DNA from: Dehalococcoidia bacterium
Lineage (GTDB): Bacteria > Chloroflexota > Dehalococcoidia > Lucifugimonadales > UBA2962
Length of the DNA: 64,000 nt
NCBI GenBank assembly: GCA_965219325.1
Contig: OZ244723.1
Location: 1,039,963-1,103,962, forward strand
Direction: 5' to 3'
In this document: positions 45,006 through 52,896 of the stretch, piece after piece
How the letters are laid out: each line of letters begins with the position of its first letter
Numbering within the stretch: position 1 is the stretch's first letter
The notes under the pieces: generated by a model
Databases searched by the model: none
Seen by the model: the letters and a program-made list of their open reading frames with translations, nothing else
Told to the model about the DNA's origin: nothing
Program-made: the position numbers and the translations under genes

Positions 45006-46754
45006 ATGACAAGGTTTACTTTGCCTATAGTCCTTTCCGCGGTCATCGCGGTCGTTGCAGCCGCCTGCGCGGGCGATCCCGAGATCGTGGAGAGGATCGT
45101 CGAGGTGCCGGTGGTGGAGGAGAAGATAGTCGAAGTTGAGGTTGACAAGGTGGTGGAGATTGAGACCGAGAAGATCGTCGAGGTCAAGATCGAGGTGCTT
45201 GTCACACCGACGCCTGACCTCGGGACGGACCCGCGGTCTGGTGGGGACCTTCGGGTGGTCTCGCAGGGCTCGATCAGCACGCTGGACCCGGTGTTCTCAC
45301 TGTTCTATGTGGTGAACGCAGTTGCCACGCAGATCTACGAGGGTCTGTACGGCTGGGACGGCAATCTGGAGGCTCAGCCCCGTTTGGCCGAGTCGTTCAC
45401 GACGAACGCCGACGGGACCGAGTACACGTTCAAGCTGCGGTCGGGGGTCGAGTTCCACAACGGGCAGGCGTTCACGTCGGCTGATGCGATAGCGTCGATC
45501 AACCGGTGGAGGGACGCGGGTACGCCCGCCGCGGGCATCGTGCGCAGGTTCACCGATGACGACGCGCTGCAGGCGGTGGATGACACGACGTTCACCTGGA
45601 CGTTTAACGAGCCGTTGGGTTCGGTGATCTTCATCCTTGGTATCCCGCACGGCCTGATGCCGATGATTCCGGAGGGCCTGGCGGCGGCGCCGTTCACGGA
45701 GCCTACGGCGGAGAACGTGGGCACCGGTGCATACCGGTTCGTCGAGTGGCTGCAGGGAGACAGGGTGGTGCTGGAGCGTAACGACGGGTTCATATCCAGT
45801 AGCGAACCGAGCTCTCCGGGAGCTTATGCGGGTGAGAACATAGCGTACCTGGACAGACTGATTTTCCTCGAGATCCCCGACGAGGAGACGAAGATAGCCG
45901 GACTCGAGACCGGTGAGTGGGACGTTGTGGACGGAGCGGCGTTCGACTTTTTCCAGCGGCTTACGGACAACCCTGACATCGGGGTGGCGCTGTACAAGCC
46001 CGGTAACAGGTCCAACGTGTACCTGAACCCTCAGATCCCGCCGTTCAGCTACCTGAAGGGTCGGCAGGCCCTGATGACGGGAATCGACGTGGAGGACTTC
46101 ATGTTCGCGCTTGGTCCGAACGACCTTTGGATCACGTGCCCCGCGCTGTACTGGTGCGGGACTCCGCTGGAGACGGACATAGGGGCCCGGTTCGACATCG
46201 AGCTCTCTGACGGCAGTTCTGCGACGATCGGGTACGACGTCAACAACATGGAGCTTGCCCAGCAGCTCTTGAACGAGTCCGACTACGCGGGTGAGACGGC
46301 GGTGATCCTCAACCCGACGGACTACGGTACGATCACGCCGCTGGGTCCGGTGCTCAAGTCGGTGATGCAGGACATAGGCTACGCGGTAGAGATGCCGGCC
46401 CTTGACTGGGCGACGGTGACGTCGATGTTCGGCAACACCGACTCTTACAGTCTTGCTACGGACTGGTACTCTCACTGGTGCTGCGGGAACCCGATCCAGG
46501 ACCACCTGATCTCGGGAACGCTGGACTTCATCATCCGGGACGAGGACCTGATCAACCTGCAGCTCGAGTTCGTGCGCGAGACGGATGCAGGCAAGCGTTT
46601 CGAGATCGTCGAGGAGATCCAGACCCTGCGCTGGCAGAAGGTGACTTCGCTATCGCTGGGGCAGTTCTTCCCGATCGTGCCCCACACCAATGACCTGAAG
46701 GGGTTCGAGGTCAAGGCGATCCCGTTCTACGTCAATACTTGGGTAGAGCGGTAA
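45006..46754 (+). CDS. ABC transporter substrate-binding lipoprotein, family 5 (peptide/nickel/opine type)
   Basis: ORF track 44988 trimmed to ATG 45006, with AAGGAGGGA upstream. Lipobox VVAAAC. A (V/I)E(K)IVEV-rich linker is followed by LDP......V...IYEGL, P.LAES......DG..YTF.LR.GV.FHNG..F...D. Confidence 0.85.
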   Translation: MTRFTLPIVLSAVIAVVAAACAGDPEIVERIVEVPVVEEKIVEVEVDKVVEIETEKIVEVKIEVLVTPTPDLGTDPRSGGDLRVVSQGSISTLDPVFSLFYVVNAVATQIYEGLYGWDGNLEAQPRLAESFTTNADGTEYTFKLRSGVEFHNGQAFTSADAIASINRWRDAGTPAAGIVRRFTDDDALQAVDDTTFTWTFNEPLGSVIFILGIPHGLMPMIPEGLAAAPFTEPTAENVGTGAYRFVEWLQGDRVVLERNDGFISSSEPSSPGAYAGENIAYLDRLIFLEIPDEETKIAGLETGEWDVVDGAAFDFFQRLTDNPDIGVALYKPGNRSNVYLNPQIPPFSYLKGRQALMTGIDVEDFMFALGPNDLWITCPALYWCGTPLETDIGARFDIELSDGSSATIGYDVNNMELAQQLLNESDYAGETAVILNPTDYGTITPLGPVLKSVMQDIGYAVEMPALDWATVTSMFGNTDSYSLATDWYSHWCCGNPIQDHLISGTLDFIIRDEDLINLQLEFVRETDAGKRFEIVEEIQTLRWQKVTSLSLGQFFPIVPHTNDLKGFEVKAIPFYVNTWVER

Positions 46755-46784
46755 GGGCATAGGCCCAGCCAGATAGGGCAAAAC

Positions 46785-46815
46785 GGGGCCCGCGGCCATC
46801 ACGGCCGCGGGCCCC
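46785..46815 (+). terminator. strong GC hairpin downstream of the SBP gene
   Basis: GGGGCCCGCGGCC-atcac-GGCCGCGGGCCCC, a 13-bp perfect stem. The 3' side lacks a U-tract. Confidence 0.5.
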
Positions 46816-47604
46816 ACTCATTAGCCATCTGCAGGGCTGCCCATCCCAGGCCCGATAGCCTGCCCATGCCCTTGGAATCAAGACCAACCATGCGGGAGAA
46901 GTTCGATCCCGCTGGGGCGATGTCTATTTCCTGGTCAGCCCCGGTGCTCGAGGGCAGTCGACATTCGCTGCCGGATTGCATCCAAAGAACGCGCGGCGGC
47001 GAACCTCGGTAGCTGCGACAGTACCTAGTAACGAATGAGCTACGGATCGAGCCACCTCAGGTGGGCTGGAATTAACAAGATCAAGGACCGAGGCCGACTC
47101 GCATGTCACACTGTCCCACGGCACAGGGGCGGTATACGTCAGTGCAGTGTGGCCTCGGCTCTCAAAACGTCGAAGCGCTACGAAATTGAGACCGCGGGCC
47201 CTGCGGTCACGCAATATCCCTTCCTGCATTTGATCCCGGAAGCCCGCCAAGATGCGTAACGAGTCCTGGTGCCGCTCTGCCAAGTGCAGCACCTGGCTGC
47301 TACTCTTGTCCAGTACCGGCATTGCCCGATAGAGCTACAGCATCTCTAGCGCTGGCAATGCCGACCAAACTGCAAGGAGCCGCCATCCCTTGAGGATCAG
47401 CTAACTGCCTCAGCACGCTCATTCGTAGTTCCCGGGCCTTATCCAACGGGTTGTGGGCACCGAGTGAGTTGCCCGTGCCATGGCAGTGCCCACCGGTCTC
47501 ATCGCGGTGGAAGCCTCAAGTCCGCTCGGATGGCGCTTTAGCCCCTCCGACTCCCTGGCCCTCGCGTGGGATATGTCCGAACTAAGCCACAGCGAGGGTG
47601 GAGG

Positions 47605-49281
47605 ATGCTCCAAGTAGTAAACATTTCAAAGCGTTACGGCCCTGAAGTCGTTCTGAAAGGCGTCTCGTTCGTAATCAATCCGGGAGAACGCGTGGGCCTC
47701 ATCGGACCCAACGGTTCCGGCAAGTCCACGCTGCTGCGCATCATCGCTGGCCTGGAGCGGCCGGACGGAGGAGACGTAGTTCATGGTGATGGCGAATCTT
47801 CCGCCATGTTGCCGCAGGGCTTTGAGGCAGATACGTCCCTGACGCTTGGCTTCGTCGTCCGGCGCAGCCTGGCTGCACATGCGGAGGCGCAGGCCAAGCT
47901 TGTGCTAATAGAGGAGAATATGGCCGACGCTTCCGGGCAAGAACTGGACGCGCTGATCGAAGAATATGGCCGCGCAGTCGACGAGTTCGAGGCGCGGGGC
48001 GGCTACGATGTTGACCAGCTGATGCGCGCCGTGCTCGAAGGGCTTGGCCTTGGGGCACTCTCCGAGGACACGCCGCTCTGCACCCTGAGCGGCGGCCAGC
48101 GCACGAGGGCCGGTCTTGCGGGTGTACTGGCGTGCAGTCCCGGCGTGTTGCTCCTGGACGAACCGACCAACCACCTGGACATCGAGGCGCTCGAATGGCT
48201 CGAGTCCTGGCTCTCCTCGTACGAAGGAGCAGCGCTGGTCGCGTCTCACGACCGGGCTTTTCTGGACAGCGTCGCCGACCGCATCCTGGAGTCTAACGTT
48301 GGTGCTCCGGGCCTGACTGTCTATCCGGGCAACTATTCCGACTACCGCCTCATCAAGGAGCGGGAACTGGAAAAGCAAGCGGCAACCTGGAAGGACCAGG
48401 AAGAGGAAAAGAAGAGACTTCGGCAGGAAATTGCCCGAAAGAAGCAGACTGCGCTCCGCACTGAGAACTCCACGACCCACGACTTCTACCGAGCACGTGC
48501 GAAGAAGGTAGCCAGGAGGGCTAAAGCTCAGGAGGGCAGGCTGAAGCGAATGCTCTCGTCCCGAGGCCAGGTCGAACGGCCGAAGAAGGCGTGGGCGATG
48601 AAGCTGGACTTTGGCCGAATGCCACGTGGCGGCTCGCGAGTGTTGATGTTGGAGAATGCCGCCCATTCATTTGACGGCCCCTGGCTGTTTCGGAACGTCG
48701 ACCTGGTCCTCGAGCATGGCGAGCGCGTCGTGCTGCTGGGTCCGAACGGCTGCGGCAAGTCCACTCTTCTAAGGATCGTGGCTGGGAACATGACCCCGCT
48801 GGCTGGCTCGGTGCGGATTGGTGCGAACGTCAAGGTCGGCTACATGCCGCAGGACCAGACGGGACTGGACTGGTCCATGTCGGCGATGGACATGGTTCGA
48901 GCGGCGGCCGACGTGACGGAGACCGAGGCCAGGACGATGCTCCACCTCTACCTCTTCGAGGGGGACGAACCGCTTCTGCCCGCGCGCAGTCTGAGCTACG
49001 GTCAGAGGTCCAGGCTGATGCTTGCAAAGCTAGTGCTCAAGGGGGCCAATTTCCTGGTGCTGGATGAGCCCGTCAACCACCTGGACATCCCTTCCAAGGA
49101 GCGATTCGAGGAGGCATTGGCGGCATTCCCGGGAACGGTGCTGATGGCCGTCCACGACCGGGCCCTAATTGACCGTCTTGCCACAGGCATCTGGGCGATG
49201 GAAGATCGCACTGTGCGCCGATACGAGGACCGCCGCGAGCTTGGACGCCTCAGGCCTGGACGGGCGAAGGTCAGTCTGTAA
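47605..49281 (+). CDS. ABC-F family ATPase (tandem ABC domains, no TM domain)
   Basis: ORF track 47566 trimmed to ATG 47605. Two Walker A sites (GPNGSGKST, GPNGCGKST), two signature/Walker B sets (LSGGQRTR...LLLDEPTNHLD; LSYGQRSR...LVLDEPVNHLD) and a charged inter-domain linker. Confidence 0.85.
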   Translation: MLQVVNISKRYGPEVVLKGVSFVINPGERVGLIGPNGSGKSTLLRIIAGLERPDGGDVVHGDGESSAMLPQGFEADTSLTLGFVVRRSLAAHAEAQAKLVLIEENMADASGQELDALIEEYGRAVDEFEARGGYDVDQLMRAVLEGLGLGALSEDTPLCTLSGGQRTRAGLAGVLACSPGVLLLDEPTNHLDIEALEWLESWLSSYEGAALVASHDRAFLDSVADRILESNVGAPGLTVYPGNYSDYRLIKERELEKQAATWKDQEEEKKRLRQEIARKKQTALRTENSTTHDFYRARAKKVARRAKAQEGRLKRMLSSRGQVERPKKAWAMKLDFGRMPRGGSRVLMLENAAHSFDGPWLFRNVDLVLEHGERVVLLGPNGCGKSTLLRIVAGNMTPLAGSVRIGANVKVGYMPQDQTGLDWSMSAMDMVRAAADVTETEARTMLHLYLFEGDEPLLPARSLSYGQRSRLMLAKLVLKGANFLVLDEPVNHLDIPSKERFEEALAAFPGTVLMAVHDRALIDRLATGIWAMEDRTVRRYEDRRELGRLRPGRAKVSL

Positions 49282-49331
49282 ACCTTGCTGCGGGTCCCCA
49301 CGTCGATTCGACCAATTGCCGCCATTTCTCA

Positions 49332-49745
49332 ATGAGACCCAAGGAAACTCCCATGGCCATCGCCCGAGGGCACTTCGATGTCACAACCGAGGCCGCACCT
49401 CCATTCCTGGAGCAGGACGGAAATAAGCTCAACCACAATATCGTGCGCAAGAAGTTCTCCGGCGACATGACCGGCAGGTCCGAGGCTCACATGGTGGCCG
49501 CCTACACCGGCACCCCCGGCTCGGCCGCCTACGTTGCCATCGAGCACTTCGCGGGGTCGGTGGGAGGGAAGTCAGGTACCTTTGTACTTAAGCACAGCGG
49601 CACCATGAGCAAGGGCGAGCCTGAGCTCTCCGTGACGATCGTTCCCGACTCCGGCACCAGTGAACTGAAGGGGATTTCGGGCTCCCTGCAGATCGACGGC
49701 AGCGACGGGAAACACTCCTACACGCTCTGTTACGAAGAGCCATGA
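49332..49745 (+). CDS. DUF3224 domain protein
   Basis: A.G.F.V........., K.FSGDM.G.S, YVA.E.F.GS..GKSGTFVL.H.G, and SG..EL.GISGSL.I are the DUF3224 pattern by eye. Confidence 0.6.
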   Translation: MRPKETPMAIARGHFDVTTEAAPPFLEQDGNKLNHNIVRKKFSGDMTGRSEAHMVAAYTGTPGSAAYVAIEHFAGSVGGKSGTFVLKHSGTMSKGEPELSVTIVPDSGTSELKGISGSLQIDGSDGKHSYTLCYEEP

Positions 49746-50278
49746 GCGGTCGATACCTTGTGATGCCACGAGGAATCAACGTCGGAAATCGCAACAGGGT
49801 GCCGATGGCTGAGCTGCGGTCGAAGCTGGCGGAAGCCGGTTACGTCGACCCGGTGACGATCCTCCAGAGCGGGAACGTCATCCTCACCAGCAGCTGTACC
49901 GACGTAGCCACACTGTCCTCCTCAATAGAGAAGCTAGTGGCGGATGAATTTGGTGTGAACGTGCCCTGCCTGGCTCGAACGGCTGAGCAGGTGGAAGCCG
50001 CGCTCGAGCTCAATCCTCTTCGCGGCGTAGCCGACGATGGATCACGCTATCTGGTCAACTTCCTTTCGGAGGAGCCGGCTGCCGAGGCCGTCCGCTCTCT
50101 CCTTGAAGTTAATTGGAAGCCAGAGATCATCCATGTCGAGGGCTCAGAAGCATACGTGTGGACACCGGAGGGGGTCAAGGCGATGCGTCTGTCGCACTCC
50201 TATCTCGAAAAGCACTTCGGCCTAATCGTCACAGCCCGGAACTGGAACACGCTCAAGAAGATAGTAGCGAGGTTCTAG
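49742..50278 (+). CDS. DUF1697 domain protein
   Basis: YLVMPRGINVGNRNRVPMAELRS.L...G...V.T.LQSGNVIL.S and TARNWNT. There is a 4-nt overlap with the previous gene. Confidence 0.65.
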   Translation: MSGRYLVMPRGINVGNRNRVPMAELRSKLAEAGYVDPVTILQSGNVILTSSCTDVATLSSSIEKLVADEFGVNVPCLARTAEQVEAALELNPLRGVADDGSRYLVNFLSEEPAAEAVRSLLEVNWKPEIIHVEGSEAYVWTPEGVKAMRLSHSYLEKHFGLIVTARNWNTLKKIVARF

Positions 50279-50413
50279 CCAGTCCATATCCACCCGAAGG
50301 GTAGTACGTACTTGCCGTTTCAGCGCTCTAAGTACGTGACCGTGTCATCATCGCCGACCCCGTCCCGTTGCATCCGGCGACGGGGCCATCCAGCCCTCCA
50401 AGGCGTCTCCCGG

Positions 50414-52678
50414 CTACTCATAGTAGATGTCTTCTTGGAATCGCGTCCACGAGCCAAAGACCGGGAACGGAGTTGGCAGGATGCCGCTGGGGTTGTTGAG
50501 CCTGAAGGACAACTTCTCGCTGTCGAAAACGTCCCGGATGGAGATTGTGAACCCCTCCGTCTCTATGCAGCCCTCGCACTCGGTGGGCAGAATCTGGATC
50601 GATCTCGGCTGGTCAAAGCGGATCGTGATCTCAGACCCGTCTCCATGCTTTTCGATGCTGTAGTTGCTAGACGCTATCTCCCACTCCCTTAGGGCCCGGT
50701 CGCCTTCCGCGTACTGCGCCCAGATGCTGATCCCATCGAAGAAGTCGATGATGACAGCCTTCCTGGGGCTCGCGTCCCTTGAAGGCTCGAACTGGCGGAA
50801 CGAGCGGTCATCCAGCTTCGCCTTTATCTGCGCTTGCTCGGCCTGGCTCACCGGCATTGGCGTCGCCGACGTGTCGACCATGTCGGGAGGGGGCTCGACC
50901 ATCACGAGAACCATGTCCACCCTGTCGGGCCTGTTATGGGTGATCACCTCGTAGGCCGTGTCGTTGATGAAGGCGAGGCGGCCGTCGGACTCGATGATCC
51001 GGGCGAGTATCGAGTACACATTGCCGGGGTCGATGTCCTCGCAGCGATATTCGACCGCGAACTCGATGGGGACCTGGCCGGGGCTCGATATGGTCTGGCC
51101 GGCGATGAGCAGGGCTGCGGCGTCCTGATACGACACGTCCCTGAGCTGGACTTCGACAACGGCACCGGGGGTGAGCGCGATTCGCTCGCGGTACGTGACC
51201 GTGCCAGTTACGAGCCCCGTATCCTCGCAGGCGTCAATTCCGCTGTCATCAAGCCAGGTCAGGACGAGAGTGTATGTTCCGGTCCCTTCGCCGCCGACCG
51301 CAGCGTAGTAGTAATCCGATCGGCCCGCCTGCCACTCGATGGGGAACGGTCCGATGTCCTCGTTGTCCGCGAGCAGCTTGCCACGTGAACTAAAGAGCGC
51401 GGCAACAACGCCGGCTCGAGGATCCTCAGAGGTGACATCGATCCGGAAGATCATGCCCACCCTGGCCGGGAATTCGAAAAAGTCCAGGTCCCCCACGTAA
51501 TCCACGTCGCCTCTTATCTCATCACCGATGCCGATTCGAGTCGCCTGCTCGAGTGAGTCACCGTGGTCGTCTGTGGCCTCTAACTCGGTGACGGTGAGTA
51601 CGTATGGGACCGCGAGTGGCCAGGCGTCCGAGACGGAAACGTAGAGCCGTCCCGCCTGATCAGCCGTCCATTCCATGTAGGTCTGAACGCCGTCTTGTCC
51701 CTCAGTGAGGAGCGTTCCGTTCGAGTCGAACAGAGCCGTCTCCAGTCGGTCGGTGCTCCCTGCATCCGGATGGACGTCGATTCGGTAGGCGAGCCCCTGC
51801 CGGGTTCGAAATGAGAAAAAGTCCACGTCGTATTCGTCACCGAGTGTTCCGAATACGACCTCGCCGACCTCAATGGGGGTGGCCATATCAGGCAGGCCGC
51901 TGTGGTCGTCCTCGATTGAGGGAACGTTCGGCGGCGCGTCAATATCGAACGGCGAGAAGGTCAGGTAGCACCCGGAACGCTCCACGGCCGCCCGAGTCCC
52001 GGCTGAGAGCGCCTCCATAGCCTCTTCCTCTGCCAGCAGGGCTGCCATGAACGCCGGCCCGAAGAACTCTCCGAATCTTTCCTGGATGAACTGCTCGAAC
52101 AGCCGCTCCTGTTCCTCGGTGGAGTCTGTGCCGAGTCCCTGCTTGAGCAGTTCAGGAAGGATCACGTCCGATACGAGAACGGCAAGGTCCCCGGAGACTG
52201 AGTCCGCGCCCGGACGGGCGCGGGCCGTATCTCGAAGGCCGCGCAGCACATCCACGTGGGCGGCATGGTATGCGCCGAGCTCGGCCGATGGCTGCAGACG
52301 GCCGTAGGTCGTAAGGGCCATGTCGAGTGTCTGGGCGAATTCCGCCCAGGTCACGGGCTCGCCGCCCTCTGGCTCCAGCAGGTCGAGGTCCAGTGCCCCG
52401 ACAAGGTCACGTGTCTCCCCGCTGCAGTCCCTAAGGAATTCGTCTGTCCCGACCGCTGGGCTCGGTGATTCCTCGGGTGCGGGCGCAGGCGTGACCGGGG
52501 GCTCAGGTGTGGAGGTAGCTGTAGGCTCGGGAGTTGGCGTGAGCGTGGGCGCAGGCGTGGGGATGGATGTCTGCGTAGCCGTAGCGGTCGCTGCCGGTTC
52601 TGTCGGCTTTCCGCCGCCGCACGCCGACAACAGCGTGGCGGCAGCCAGCAGGGCAAGTATCGATATCGCAAGCTTCAT
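50414..52678 (-). CDS. large multidomain lipoprotein (PT linker, helical region, 2 PPC-like beta domains, YbaY/YscW-like domain, unassigned C-terminus)
   Basis: MKLAISILALLAAATLLSAC. Two DDH(S/G)..........G....D.DFF.F....G..YRIDV modules. VTGTVTYRERIALTPGAVVEVQLRDVSYQDAAA..I..Q......QVPIEF.V.Y resembles YbaY-type lipoproteins. Confidence 0.7.
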   Translation of the reverse strand: MKLAISILALLAAATLLSACGGGKPTEPAATATATQTSIPTPAPTLTPTPEPTATSTPEPPVTPAPAPEESPSPAVGTDEFLRDCSGETRDLVGALDLDLLEPEGGEPVTWAEFAQTLDMALTTYGRLQPSAELGAYHAAHVDVLRGLRDTARARPGADSVSGDLAVLVSDVILPELLKQGLGTDSTEEQERLFEQFIQERFGEFFGPAFMAALLAEEEAMEALSAGTRAAVERSGCYLTFSPFDIDAPPNVPSIEDDHSGLPDMATPIEVGEVVFGTLGDEYDVDFFSFRTRQGLAYRIDVHPDAGSTDRLETALFDSNGTLLTEGQDGVQTYMEWTADQAGRLYVSVSDAWPLAVPYVLTVTELEATDDHGDSLEQATRIGIGDEIRGDVDYVGDLDFFEFPARVGMIFRIDVTSEDPRAGVVAALFSSRGKLLADNEDIGPFPIEWQAGRSDYYYAAVGGEGTGTYTLVLTWLDDSGIDACEDTGLVTGTVTYRERIALTPGAVVEVQLRDVSYQDAAALLIAGQTISSPGQVPIEFAVEYRCEDIDPGNVYSILARIIESDGRLAFINDTAYEVITHNRPDRVDMVLVMVEPPPDMVDTSATPMPVSQAEQAQIKAKLDDRSFRQFEPSRDASPRKAVIIDFFDGISIWAQYAEGDRALREWEIASSNYSIEKHGDGSEITIRFDQPRSIQILPTECEGCIETEGFTISIRDVFDSEKLSFRLNNPSGILPTPFPVFGSWTRFQEDIYYE

Positions 52679-52896
52679 CGAGTGCTTAAACGTCTCGGGT
52701 GCGGAGTGGGTAGGGGACCGCGAAATCGGGTCTCATCGCACTTGCAATCTTGAGTATCGGGCATCGAACGGAGATGGAGCTAGGACAAGAATTGTGCCTT
52801 GACGCCTGATTTGCCGGACTGGGGCTGACTAAGTTCGTCATTGTCCGCACCGGCTGGGCTCCTGCGTCCCCCGGCCAGAGGGTCGTATCGAGGATC

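Noticed and set aside
46880-46915. tRNA/tmRNA-like string GCGGGAGAAGTTCGATCCCGCTGGGGCGA.
   Set aside because: GTTCGATCC resembles a T-loop, but no 5-bp T-stem with a 7-nt loop, acceptor arm or CCA can be drawn. No tmRNA 5' GGGG...TTCGAC, tag reading frame or 3' end was found on either strand. It is a simple 6-bp hairpin.
46924-47322. 132-aa minus-strand ORF in the large gap.
   Set aside because: There is no Shine-Dalgarno. Codon third-position GC falls off along the ORF, and no family is recognised. It is kept as a possibility under the 46755-47604 finding rather than called as a gene.
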